From Octopus vulgaris (lineage: Eukaryota): a stretch of DNA of 64,000 nt. Shown here in pieces: positions 40,619 to 52,730 of this stretch. The stretch lies in NCBI GenBank assembly GCA_951406725.2, contig OX597818.1:144336001-144400000 (forward strand). Reading direction: 5' to 3'. Position 1 is the first letter of the stretch. Every line of letters begins with the position of its first letter. A program made the position numbers and the translations under genes. A model generated the notes under the pieces. The model was not told the DNA's origin, did no database searches, and saw only the letters and a list, made by a program, of their open reading frames with translations.

Positions 40619-41250
40619 AATCTATGGATGCACAAACGCACAAAACGGAGAAAATGAAACATGAACGACTTGTTCTGAAACACCCCTGAGTGGGGAAGAG
40701 TTCTCAAAAGTAACACCCGATTGTTCCCCACCCCAATTTCTATGTTTTCGGAAACTAGATAGTCCGAGGTATATTTGTAGAAGATTTCATTAAAAATTAT
40801 CCATTTTCTTGAAAGTTAAGACGAATTAAAGTGGACTCCGGTGAATTTTCCGAAATTCCCCACCTCACCCCCTCCTAAAAGACTTTACCAAAAAAGTTTT
40901 GTATATTCGGAATCTACATGATATAACACATATTCGTAGAAATTTTCATTAAAAAGACATCTATTTTCTGAAAGTTATGATCATCCAAAGTCGAGGGTGC
41001 AGAAATCTGTAGTTATGCCGAAATAAAATGGGTGGTTTGTTAGTCATTGTTTATAGGAATGCATGCAAACTGACATCACGCAGACACATTAGATGGATGG
41101 ATGGACGGACGGACGGACAGATGGATGTTTATTAATATGTGAGATAAACAGGATCATATATTAAGAGACTCTACCCATTTCGAACACAATGGGGTATTGT
41201 TCACTTTTGTTTTCTTACAACTAAATAATTATATATATGTATAGTATACA

Positions 41251-41322
<72 letters not shown>

Positions 41323-41800
41323 ATATTTCGGAATGGTCATATTGCCAGTTTAGCCAATAAAAACACACGCACTATATATTTGGTGTTATTTTGCTTCAGT
41401 GATATTTATTTTTTACATTAATCTTAATCTTATTTCGGCCAAAGTTCTTTCGTCACACTCCTGTGACCGCATCAGTGGTCCTTTGTTTTCTTCTCACTTA
41501 CTTGTGTCTCTCCTTACTAACCGTCAGCCATTTTGTATTTCTATTGTATGTCTTCATTTGCGCATGCTTATATCTCTATGTGCGTCTATGTTTATTTAGT
41601 GTGTGTGTGGGGGGGATGCCTGTAATATTTGTATCTTCTGGTTATATACATTCTTGTAATTTGTATTTTGTTTTTGTTGTTGTTGCTTTTGTTCTAATTT
41701 TGTTCATGTGTTTACATCCACCCATTATTATCATTACATATGCTTGTATGTATGTATAACAACAATATTAGTAATAATAATAATAAATCTAATCGAAAAA

Positions 41801-41873
<73 letters not shown>

Positions 41874-42704
41874 TATACACATATACACACACATATACAC
41901 ATATACATACACATATACATATATATAGTTATTCATTTCTATTTCTTTAATTATCTGTGTATTTATTATGTTTGCAGGATCCACTATCGTCATATGTTGT
42001 GGTGTGCGCTATTGCTCCATTCTAGTTTTCTATTCAGGCTAGGTTTATTTTCTATTATATGTGTAGCTTCTGTAATTTGTCTAATTGTTGCATCTGTTCT
42101 ATGTGTGGACAATATCTTAATCTCTATGTTATTGATTGATCCCCCGTGTTCTTGTTCAGCGTGTTGGTACAGAATCGATGAGCTTTTACCTTCCTTGAGT
42201 TGTCTCCAATGTTCATTCACCTGCTCACCAATGCTTCTTGCTGTTTCCCCTACGTATGTTACTGTCTTGTTACTGCATCGTCCCTCTATACATCTTATAC
42301 TATAGACCACATTTCTGGCTTTACAGTTTGTTTGTGGGCTAAATCTACATACAGTGCAATAGTTATCCGTACAGAGAGTTCTACTAAAAGGATAGCTTCT
42401 ACCAATTATAGATCTGATAGGGTTGCCTGGCTTTTCAACAACCTTAATTCTTAGTTTAAGTTTATCTAGGGTCCTTCTAAAGCGGTACGCCAGTTCACCT
42501 CCAGGGGTGGTGTCAACGAACATGACACTCTGGTATTTATGGCTATCATACCAAGAGTTGGCCTTCCCTATTTTCTTTTTTGTCCTTTCTATAGTGTTCC
42601 ATGACTTGTTCCTATAGAGTGGGCAAATCCCATTCCTATCATTACATAATATATTATCAAATTTCTTCATGGCTCCTTTGTATACTCTGATCTTTTAAAT
42701 TTAA

Positions 42705-44243
42705 ATGTGTGGCCTTAGACTGACATATAATAGTGAATACTTAGATAAACATAATCTTAGTAGTTTCTGCCCCAGTAGATGTTTAAGAGGTAGACCGCCT
42801 ACAATTACTTCTATGGCTAGGAAGACACATATAGAAAGATGGCGCGGATGGACCAGAGCCATACGGAGCCCCGCAAATGTCCATCAGGTAAAGAAAATGA
42901 TCGCACATGCACTAGGAGCTAGTATAAGAGTTACCCTAAAAGGCCACACATTTAAATTTAATAATAAAATATATGCCCAGGACGAGGGGGCAGCCATCGG
43001 TGTTAGTATCGCTGGTGATGTGGCCAACCTCTTCATGGTATGGTGGGACAGAAGGCTTAAAGAATGCCTACTGCAGAAATCCATACTTGTAAACATGTAC
43101 TCTCGCTATGTTGATGATATCAATATAGTAGTAAAGGCACCCCCACAAGAGAGTACTGTTGATATAGTAATAGAAACTAATACTATGGAGAGCATCCAGC
43201 AAATAGCTAACTCCATCCACCAGAGTATTAAGGTCACAATAGACTACCCCACTAAACACCCCAACCATAGACTACCAGTACTAGACACTGAACTCTGGCT
43301 AGAAATTGTGAAAAATAAAACCCAAATCCTTCATTCATACTATGCAAAACCTATGGCCTCAAAATACCTGATCCACCGGAACTCAGCCATTGCGGGCAAT
43401 GCCAAATTCAATATTTTGATGGCAGACCTCGTCAGAATAATGAGAAATGTGTCACGCATGTGCGAGCCTACAGAATTAAAGAGACACATACAGTATTTCA
43501 TTCACCGCATGCAGTTCTCAGGTTACAGCCATAAAGAAAAGATCAGAGTATACAAAGGAGCCATGAAGAAATTTGATAATATATTATGTAATGATAGGAA
43601 TGGGATTTGCCCACTCTATAGGAACAAGTCATGGAACACTATAGAAAGGACAAAAAAGAAAATAGGGAAGGCCAACTCTTGGTATGATAGCCATAAATAC
43701 CAGAGTGTCATGTTCGTTGACACCACCCCTGGAGGTGAACTGGCGTACCGCTTTAGAAGGACCCTAGATAAACTTAAACTAAGAATTAAGGTTGTTGAAA
43801 AGCCAGGCAACCCTATCAGATCTATAATTGGTAGAAGCTATCCTTTTAGTAGAACTCTCTGTACGGATAACTATTGCACTGTATGTAGATTTAGCCCACA
43901 AACAAACTGTAAAGCCAGAAATGTGGTCTATAGTATAAGATGTATAGAGGGACGATGCAGTAACAAGACAGTAACATACGTAGGGGAAACAGCAAGAAGC
44001 ATTGGTGAGCGGGTGAATGAACATTGGAGACAACTCAAGGAAGGTAAAAGCTCATCGATTCTGTACCAACACGCTGAACAAGAACACGGGGGATCAATCA
44101 ATAACATAGAGATTAAGATATTGTCCACACATAGAACAGATGCAACAATTAGACAAATTACAGAAGCTACACATATAATAGAAAATAAACCTAGCCTGAA
44201 TAGAAAACTAGAATGGAGCAATAGCGCACACCACAACATATGA
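42705..44243 (+). CDS. PLE reverse transcriptase (C-terminal part) plus GIY-YIG endonuclease; open frame, N-terminally truncated
   Basis: RT motifs [17 protein letters not shown] and YSRYVDD, PLE thumb motif LPVLD...YAKP, Cys linker CxxxxCxxC...C, and GIY-YIG motif NVVYSIRC...[16 protein letters not shown]...H...H. The annotated ATG falls in a junction fragment and is not the native start. Confidence 0.92.
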   Translation: MCGLRLTYNSEYLDKHNLSSFCPSRCLRGRPPTITSMARKTHIERWRGWTRAIRSPANVHQVKKMIAHALGASIRVTLKGHTFKFNNKIYAQDEGAAIGVSIAGDVANLFMVWWDRRLKECLLQKSILVNMYSRYVDDINIVVKAPPQESTVDIVIETNTMESIQQIANSIHQSIKVTIDYPTKHPNHRLPVLDTELWLEIVKNKTQILHSYYAKPMASKYLIHRNSAIAGNAKFNILMADLVRIMRNVSRMCEPTELKRHIQYFIHRMQFSGYSHKEKIRVYKGAMKKFDNILCNDRNGICPLYRNKSWNTIERTKKKIGKANSWYDSHKYQSVMFVDTTPGGELAYRFRRTLDKLKLRIKVVEKPGNPIRSIIGRSYPFSRTLCTDNYCTVCRFSPQTNCKARNVVYSIRCIEGRCSNKTVTYVGETARSIGERVNEHWRQLKEGKSSSILYQHAEQEHGGSINNIEIKILSTHRTDATIRQITEATHIIENKPSLNRKLEWSNSAHHNI

Positions 44244-44365
44244 CGATAGTGGATCCTGCAAACATAATAAATACACAGATAATTAAAGAAATAGAAATGA
44301 ATAACTATATATATGTATATGTGTATGTATATGTGTATATGTGTGTGTATATGTGTATATATATG

Positions 44366-44456
<91 letters not shown>

Positions 44457-44775
44457 TTTTTCGATTAGATTTATTATTATTATTACTAATATTGTTGTTA
44501 TACATACATACAAGCATATGTAATGATAATAATGGGTGGATGTAAACACATGAACAAAATTAGAACAAAAGCAACAACAACAAAAACAAAATACAAATTA
44601 CAAGAATGTATATAACCAGAAGATACAAATATTACAGGCATCCCCCCCACACACACACTAAATAAACATAGACGCACATAGAGATATAAGCATGCGCAAA
44701 TGAAGACATACAATAGAAATACAAAATGGCTGACGGTTAGTAAGGAGAGACACAAGTAAGTGAGAAGAAAACAAA

Positions 44776-44820
44776 GGACCACTGATGCGGTCACAGGAGT
44801 GTGACGAAAGAACTTTGGCC
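44776..44820 (+). ncRNA. Variant minimal (type I) hammerhead-ribozyme-like motif in the PLE 3' region; mirror copy at 41437-41481 (-)
   Basis: GGACCA-CTGATGCG-GTCACA(ggag)TGTGAC-GAAA-GAAC-TT-TGGCC. It has a CUGANG core, a perfect 6-bp stem II, GAAA and a CCA/UGG stem I. A9 is replaced by C. Confidence 0.5.
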
Positions 44821-44996
44821 GAAATAAGATTAAGATTAATGTAAAAAATAAATATCACTGAAGCAAAATAACACCAAATATATAGTGCGTGTGTTTTTAT
44901 TGGCTAAACTGGCAATATGACCATTCCGAAATATAACAATATCTTTCAACACACGACTTCACATAAAAAATCTTGCACAACAAATATTTAAACATA

Positions 44997-45047
<51 letters not shown>

Positions 45048-45069
45048 GATCTTCTGATTACTTCATTTC

Positions 45070-45122
<53 letters not shown>

Positions 45123-45399
45123 TCATCATCATCATCATCTAATGAGCATTTACCATGCTGGTATAGGTTGGATAGTTCAACAAGAGCTGGTGAACCAAAT
45201 GAATGTACAAAACTCTACTGTCCGCTTTGGCATAGTTTCTGTGGCTTGATGCCCTATCAGGATTTTTCTAGATCTGAGTTTTCCCACCCAAACCAATTAC
45301 TTTTATTTTGCCTTCTAACATGGGCTTTGAGTGATTATAGAGACCCAGAATTGTTTGAAACATTTGATGACAATCTTTACACTGGATTTTAAAGAGTTT

Positions 45400-47770
45400 T
45401 TTCATTGATGGTGGCTGACCTTCTTTCTCATCACCTGTCTCATGTGCTCCTTGTCTTTTCTGTCCTGTTCAAACAGTTTGCAAGACAAGACAGGTGAGAT
45501 TCTTCTATTGCTCTCTACCCCCTATGACAATCCTGATCTTCTTTGGTTGGATACCACAGAGTGTGAGGTTCTTCTTTGGGAAGTCTCTGAACCTTACTTG
45601 TGGTCTGCCACTAAGATGTTTTCCCATTGTCAGTTTAGAATAAAAGATGGTCTTCAGGAGTCATTCATTGTCTATTCTTTGAACAGAGTCAATCCAACAT
45701 AACTAATGACTAAATATCATGATGATCCTCAATGTTTTGTCACTTATGCTTGTTCCAGGACAAAGGTGTTCAGCTGTTTTTTACCAGTTAATACCTAGAA
45801 GTGAGCAAAATAAGTTTGATTGGCAGAACTGCTACAAATGTTTGATGTGATGGCAATAATATGTCCATATCTTGCAAACATAAAGAAGTGTACTGATAAC
45901 TAGTTTCGTACATGTATAGCTTGCTGGTAGTTTTGAGTTTGTGGTTCTTGAAGCCTCTTTGGTAAAGCATTCTATATGAAGAATGAACTGCAAGTATCCT
46001 GTTGGTGATCTCATTGCTTGTGGCTGCATTTGAAGATAAGATGGAATAAAGATATGGAATGTGGGAGACCTGTTTTTGATTGGGTGGGCCTTAGAGGAGA
46101 TTGGTACAGGTTGTGAGTATTGCTGATGTTAACTGTTAGGTTGTAATTTTTATATGTTGAGACTAATAAGAGTCACTTATTTGTTGGATGTGAATTTAGT
46201 CATGACTGGGCACAGCATTGTCAGCTGCATGTTACAGCTCTAAAGTGGTATTGGTTGATGTATTAGTCTTTGAGAAGAATTGGCTTCAATTGAAGACACC
46301 TTCATCATACCTAATTGTTAGTTTCACATATAAAGAAGTCTCATTTTCATTTACAGCAACTAGATGAATGACATAAGTAAGTGAGAAGAGGATTGGTGCA
46401 AGGATGTCCACTTGCTTCACACCAGTTTTAACTTCAAATGATGGTAATGCTGATTGTTTTGATAACACTGGAAACTCCCTATTGTCATAAAGCGAGTGAA
46501 TGATGGCAAGGAATTTTGGTGGAATGTCTACTTCCTGAAGTATTTTCCATGATATTTACAGCACATACTGTAAAACATCATGGAATCATAGAACAAATAG
46601 CGTGGTGACTTGTGGTCTTAGGATTTTTCTTGCTGTTGATGAAAAGCAAGACTCACGTGCCACATCAAAAATATTTGTAGGAGTCTTTTTTATAAGATTC
46701 TTGCAAATATTTTTCCAGCAGTGTAATGAAAAGCTGTGAAATTTCTCTATTCCACTCAATCTTCTTTCTTAAAAATTATTACAATTTCTTTATCAAAGAA
46801 ATATCATGTCAAAGGAATCATGTCTCTCCCAGATTTGAAGTATGAGAGGATGCAATCAGGTAATCAGTAATTGTCCACCTTTGTTGAAAATACCAGCAGG
46901 AATATTGTCTGGCCTGGAGATTTGTTATTTATTTTATCAATGAGTGTTTTAACCTCAGTGAGAGTTGGAGACAATGATGCTCAAGAAGAAGGGAAAATTG
47001 TGGAATCAGTTGATGGTGGTAGTGTTGATGTTAGTTGGGTACCTGAGAAGACTGAAAATATTCCACGTAATGGTAAAGGATATCAGGTTCATCCTTGAAG
47101 ACTGTTAATCCACTTAATGAACTGAACAGAGTTACAATAGACAGAAGAAGGCCATTGATGATTTTGATTTTACTTGCTAATGGTAAATCTGAGAAACTTA
47201 GTTGCATCTATGGTCAGTGTTTTCTTTAAGTTGATCTCCTACCCTTCAATGCATTCTCGTAACCCTGGCTCTTCATGATTTAGCTACATGGAAACTTGTC
47301 AACAGCTTTATTGATGTCGTCAGCATTTTCACCGATCCTCCCCCTCAACCTTCCCCTCAGTTCACTCTCCCTGTCTCAATAAATCATTACCCCTCCCCAC
47401 CTTCTCACATGTTTTTGTTCCATTTTTACATGTAAACAACTTTATAAAATGTACTCTTAACCTCTACTTCATGTCAGCAACACCACGTGACTAGGTGTAA
47501 ATACTATAGTTGCTGTTGTTGTTGAAACTCAGCAAGTTTTTGCCACCTGGCTTTCACCCTGCCAGGTCAGTCAGCCTGTTTGGGAAGCAACTAAACAAAG
47601 CACGTAATCCACATTCTGTATAGAGTCACCACACACGCTCTAATGGGTATTAGTGCAGCAGCTGTCTTACTCTAGAAACTAGGTTTATTTGAAGATGGAC
47701 AAACTTGCCTCGTCACAAGCTCATTGTTGGGAATCAGTCGTGTCCCCTGCAGACTCCTCTCATGCTGCTG
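45400..47770 (-). mobile_element. Highly decayed RTE/BovB-type LINE
   Basis: Minus-strand FEVKTGVKQVDILAPILFSL resembles the RT motif GVKQGCxLAPxLF; many stops. Boundaries are approximate. Confidence 0.6.
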
Positions 47771-49120
47771 CTGCTGGTCTGTAATTGCTTGTTTGGCTGA
47801 ACCTTATTTACAGCCCACCTCCATTATTTGAAGGCCACTCCACTATCCATTACCTGTGGATGTGCCATGTAAATATACATGCATGAGTGTGTGTGTGTGA
47901 ATGCATGTGTGTGTGTGTGTGTGTGAGATGATGATGATGATTGTAGCAGCTTTGCTGTTTCCAGCATGAAACCTCACAGGTTGCAAGTAAACTTTGCAAA
48001 ACAGCACATATTGCCCACAATGCATTGAGTACTTGTTTTGATTTGCAAACATCATAGCTCCACCAATAAAGATACTCATACTACTATACATACATATACA
48101 CATACGTGCATATAGGCATACATAAATAGATTTTCTTTTATTTGTTTTAGTCAATTTGACTGTGGCACCACCTCGAAGGGTTTTGGGTTCATCAAATCTT
48201 GCTCAGTACTTATTTAAAATCTGATGCTTATTTTATAACTCACTTTTTTGCATGCATATACACAGATGCACACAGACACACACATACACACGATGGGTTT
48301 CCACACAGTTTCCATCAACCAAATTCACTTACACCTGGGGCTAGTTGAAAGATGCAGTAGTTACAAGGGTTTTTACCTACAAGTAAATTTATATACAGAG
48401 GAAAGAGAGAGAGAGAAAGAGGAGAGTGATTAATAGAAAAAAGTAAATTGAAAATAAAATTGTTATTTATGAGATAATATTTTTCAATCTTTATCGAGAT
48501 CAGTGATTGTGCATCACTTAAAGAATGTATAGTATTGGCCAGCTGGAAAAGATGTTTTCCTGGGACCAAACCAACAGTAACATTGTCCTTTATAGGACTA
48601 TCACATTCTGTTGGCATATAAACTTTACTATTTGGTACTGTTACTGTATATCTCTCACTCAGAGATTTAAAACAAATTGTTTTTCTCTATAAGAGATCAC
48701 TGTCTGTGCGTTACTTAAAGAATATATAGCATTTGCAAGTGGAGAGAGCTTTTGTTGCTAGCTTGTGGTTTTCTCACACCAAAGACGAGTAACCACTCAG
48801 AAACCTAGGTCTGTGAGTATCACGTAATGCTAGAGATAGGAGTGATGACCTCCCTTGCAAGTGCTATACAGGCACAGACTGTCGATAGCTTGCTGGAAAA
48901 GATGTTTTTCTGGAGCTAAAACAACAGTAACATCGTCCTTTATAGGACTGCCACTTACTGTTGACATATAAACTTTACTATTCAATTTTTATCCTTTTCA
49001 CTAAAATAATTGGATTTTTTTTTTGTGGGTTATTTTACATGTATAGACTAGAACGAACCAGCCTTAACTTCCTCCATCCCTTCATTTACAAATACTAACG
49101 TGAAATTATATACATAAATA

Positions 49121-49500
49121 GGCGCTGGCGTGGCCCTGTAGTGAAAAGCTTGCTTCCCAGCCAATTTGTTCTGAGTTCAATCCCACTGCATGGCACCTTG
49201 GGCAAGTGTTTTCTACTATAGTATTGAGCCGACCAAAGTTTTGTGAGTGGATTTGGTAGACGGAAACTGAAAGAAGCCCATCGTATATATGTATGTGTAT
49301 CTATCTTGGTCATCTCCCACCACTACTTGACAACCAGTGCTGGTGTGTTTACGTCCCCAAGTGAATGATAGAATAAAGTACCAGGCTTCGAAAAAGTAAG
49401 TACTGGGTTAGATACATTCGACTAAAATTTCTTCAAGGCGATGCTCCAGCATGGCCGCAATCGAATGACTGAAACAAGTAAAATATAAAAGATAAAATAA
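49121..49500 (+). mobile_element. tRNA-derived SINE (family A)
   Basis: Collinear with 52335-52730. Confidence 0.85.
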
Positions 49501-49544
49501 AAACAATATAAACAACAGCTACTGAACTGTTTTCTTTTGGATCT

Positions 49545-49910
49545 TTCTTTTCTTTTCTTTTACTTGTTTCAGGCATTTGACTGCGACCATGCTGGAGCAC
49601 CGCCTTTCGTCTTATTCTTTGTAAGCCTAGTACTTATTCTATCGGTCTCTTTTTGCCGAATCGCTAAGTTACGGGGACGTAAACACACCAGCATCGGTTG
49701 TCAGGCGATGTTGGAGGGACAAACACACACATATATATATATATATATATCCGACGGGCTTCTTTCAGTTTCCGTCAACCAAATCCACTCACAAGGCATT
49801 GGTCAGCCCGGGGCTATAGTAAAAGACACTTGCCCAAGGTGCCACGCAGTGGGACTGAACCCAGAACCATGTGGTTGGTAAACAAGCTACTTACCACACA
49901 GCCACTCCAT
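49545..49910 (-). mobile_element. tRNA-derived SINE (family A), tail-to-tail with the previous copy
   Basis: Reverse complement is collinear with 52335-52730. Confidence 0.85.
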
Positions 49911-50057
49911 GTAATTTCTTTATCGAATAGTTGTTTAACCCCATTTCAACCGAAATCGAACAGACAGACGATCAATAGCGCTACAGCCGTCTCCATTTCT
50001 CATTTGAAATATACTTTACAGCATTACATTGTTAAATGCATTCTTCAAACTGTGGAT

Positions 50058-50302
50058 CAGTGATTTCCAACCATTTTCAAACCCATGAACCCTTATGATT
50101 CCTATTTTACTCCGGTGGATCCTCATAAACATTCGATGTTTAGAAAATCCTATAATATTTTTATAATTAAATATTATTAGGAATTATATTTAAAAAATTT
50201 GGGAATTGTAGACGTATATCCAATTTATTACACAAAATCTTTAACAACAAAATTCTATATGGACCCTCAAAGGTCAAATGCACCTCGGTTGAAAAATTAT
50301 TG
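50058..50302. mobile_element. Degenerate hAT-type MITE
   Basis: Ends CAGTGATTTCCAACC and GGTTGAAAAATTATTG resemble CAGTG...AACC / GGTT...CACTG hAT termini. Confidence 0.5.
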
Positions 50303-50404
50303 TTGTAGAGTGTGATTTGTGGAAAATTCCGCTGCAGAGTTAAGTGCGTCGTGACTCCATACAAAATGTGGGTTACGAGCTTTGTTTATTTTGCTTCAGA
50401 AAAC

Positions 50405-50700
50405 AAGGTTGGCTGACTTAGCAGTGAAAACCAGGTGGCAAAAGCTTGTCAAGTTTCCATAATAGTAACTGCAATATTTACACTATTCACGTGGTGCATG
50501 AAAGCAGAAGCTACGAGTACTTGCTATAAAGTTGTTTACAAGTAAAAGAAGGAACAAAAGCATGCGAGAAGGTGGGGGGGGGAAGGTAAAGATTAACTGA
50601 GAGAGGAAAGGGTGAACTGTGAGTAGCAATTGAAGGTGAAGGTCGATTAAAATGCTGACGACATCAGTAGTAAGGCTTGTTGACGGGTTACCAGTAGCTA
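50405..50700. repeat. Dispersed repeat, inverted relative of 47280-47585
   Basis: Shared blocks ccaggtggcaaaa, cacgtggtg, ataaagttgtttaca, gagaaggtgggg and aaaatgctgacgacatca. Confidence 0.7.
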
Positions 50701-52334
50701 AACCATATCGAGCGCTCGAGCTTGTGTCTGCCCCCTCCCCTCTACAGATTTAATCTCGAGGGTTTAAAGGTATCTATTTCCTCCTTTTCAGAGGGACTGA
50801 TAAAAACAGGATTAAGTTTCTTTTTGTCTTGGGGAGTGGGTGTGCTTAAGATATAAATTTCATTTATTCTTTTGCTTATTTCTCTTACTGGACTGTATCT
50901 ATGCTGGAGGGACAGTCTTGAAAGATTTTCCTTATTGGTCTTTTGCCGAATCGCTAAGTGACACCGACGTGAAAACAACACCAATTGACAAACGATGAGA
51001 CACACCTTCCACTACCTCTCTCGTATTTATGTATATATGCACGTGTGTGTGTGTGTGTCTGCATTTATGCACGTACATATGTATGACTACAGCTGTAGGA
51101 ATTAGAGCTCCACGTGGATTATTATTATTATCCAGTTAACATCCAGTACAGCGACATTCATTCACAATAATCGTGTGATGTCAAGACAAGGAGATAACAA
51201 ACGTTGTTCTCAGGTGGTCCCATTCACTCTTGGGAGTAAAGTTCAACACAGAATAGTAAACTAAGTAAACCACTCAATTTTAATTAACACCGTTTATTTA
51301 TTTATTCATTAATTATCCTGGCACTCCATTGTGGAATTAATGTGGGCGTGGCTGAGCACTCCACAGACATGCATATCCTTTATGTAGTTCTCAGAGAGAT
51401 TCGGTATAACACAAAATGTGACAAAGCCCAGCCCTTTGAAATACAGGTACAACTCATTTTTGCTAGTTGAGTGGTCTGGAACAACGTGAAATAAAGGGTC
51501 TTGCTCAATAACACGGTACCACCACTGGGAATCGAACTCATGACCTTATGAATGTGAGTGGATTACCGTAACCTCCAAGCCACACGCCTTCCCTATTTAC
51601 TATATGACTTTATTCAAAGGAGGAAGAGAAGCATTTTTAGGCCCCTTGAGGCTTATCAAATGGAATTATCTTCACACTGGGAATCAGACCTGAATGCTTG
51701 CAACAGAGTTACCTTTGCTCAAGATCCTCAAGGGCCTGGCAGTGGTGGTGTTAAACTAGGCACTCCATCATGAAGCACCCCAGACAACATGAGTTGCAAG
51801 GTACCTTCAGCCAGCCCTGAAATACTGGAAACTGAAGTAACAATTTCAGTAACTTGATTCTGTTAAAAGATCTGTCTCAATATATCTCAAATTAATATAA
51901 TCAATAAACCACTAAACTATCCACAGTTAAGTTAAAAATTGATTTCAAATTTTGGCAGATGGCCAAAAGTTTGGCAAGCGGGGTTTTAAGTCAATTAAAT
52001 TGATCTCAGCGTTTATCTGGTACTTATTTTATCCACTCCAAAAGGATGAAAGGCAAAGTTGATCCCAGCAAAATTTGAACTTAGAACAAAAACACAAATG
52101 ACATACTGCTAAGTATTTTGCCCAGCATGCTAACAATTCTGCCAACTCACCACCTTCATTTAAGTGAATATTAACATATTTAATGTAGTGAGATTAAAAA
52201 ACGATAATTGGAAATATATGTAGAAATGATTAAAATAACGAGTCATTGAACTACTTAATGTTGTCTTTTCCTCACCATATAACAATTATCTAATTACATT
52301 TTCTGATATTCATTAGTTTTTTTAGTATTGAATG

Positions 52335-52730
52335 GGCACAGGAGTGGCTGTGTGGTAAGTAGCTTGCTTACCAACCACATGGTTCCGGGTTCAGTCCCAC
52401 TGCGTGGCACCTTGGGCAAGTGTCTTCTACTATAGCCTCGGGCTGACCAAAGCCTTGTGAGTGGATTTGGTAGACGGAAACTGAAAGAAGCCCGTCGTAT
52501 ATATGTATATATATGCGTGTGTGTGTTTGTGTGTCTGTGTTTGTCCCCCTAGCATTGCTTGACAACTGATGCTGGTGTGTTTATGTCCCCGTTACTTTGC
52601 GGTTCGGCAAAAGAGACCGATAGAATAAATACTGGGCTTACAAAGAATAAGTCCCGGGGTCGAGTTGCTCGATTAAAGGCGGTGCTCCAGCATGGCCGCA
52701 GTCAAATGACTGAAACAAGTAAAAGAGTAA
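52335..52730 (+). mobile_element. Full-length tRNA-derived SINE (family A)
   Basis: A box TGGCTGTGTGG, B box GGTTCAGTCCC, internal (TG/TA)n and tail ...ccagcatggccgcagtcaaatgactgaaacaagtaaaag. Many related copies or fragments occur in the window (1-60, 7335-7500, 28450, 35500, 48140, 50930). Confidence 0.88.

Larger units (their letters stand above)
39368..41019. mobile_element. Non-autonomous fold-back DNA transposon with ~410-bp imperfect TIRs (Mutator- or Merlin-like)
   Basis: Ends GGCATAACTACAGATTTCTGCAC and GTGCAGAAATCTGTAGTTATGCC. The arms (about 39368-39785 and 40615-41019) align throughout with scattered mismatches. Flanks gaaaataaa and gaaataaaa resemble an 8-9 bp TSD. Confidence 0.85.
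41315..44998 (+). mobile_element. Penelope-like retroelement (PLE), 5'-truncated, with an inverted copy of its 3' end, inserted in (TA)n
   Basis: Forward copy about 42717-44998 encodes RT plus GIY-YIG. 41315-42696 is the reverse complement of 43537-44942. (TA)n tracts flank both ends (about 41255-41317 and 44999-45042). Confidence 0.93.

Noticed and set aside
41990-42670. Apparent standalone 226-aa GIY-YIG endonuclease gene on the minus strand
   Set aside because: It is the inverted duplicate of the PLE 3' end, not an independent gene.
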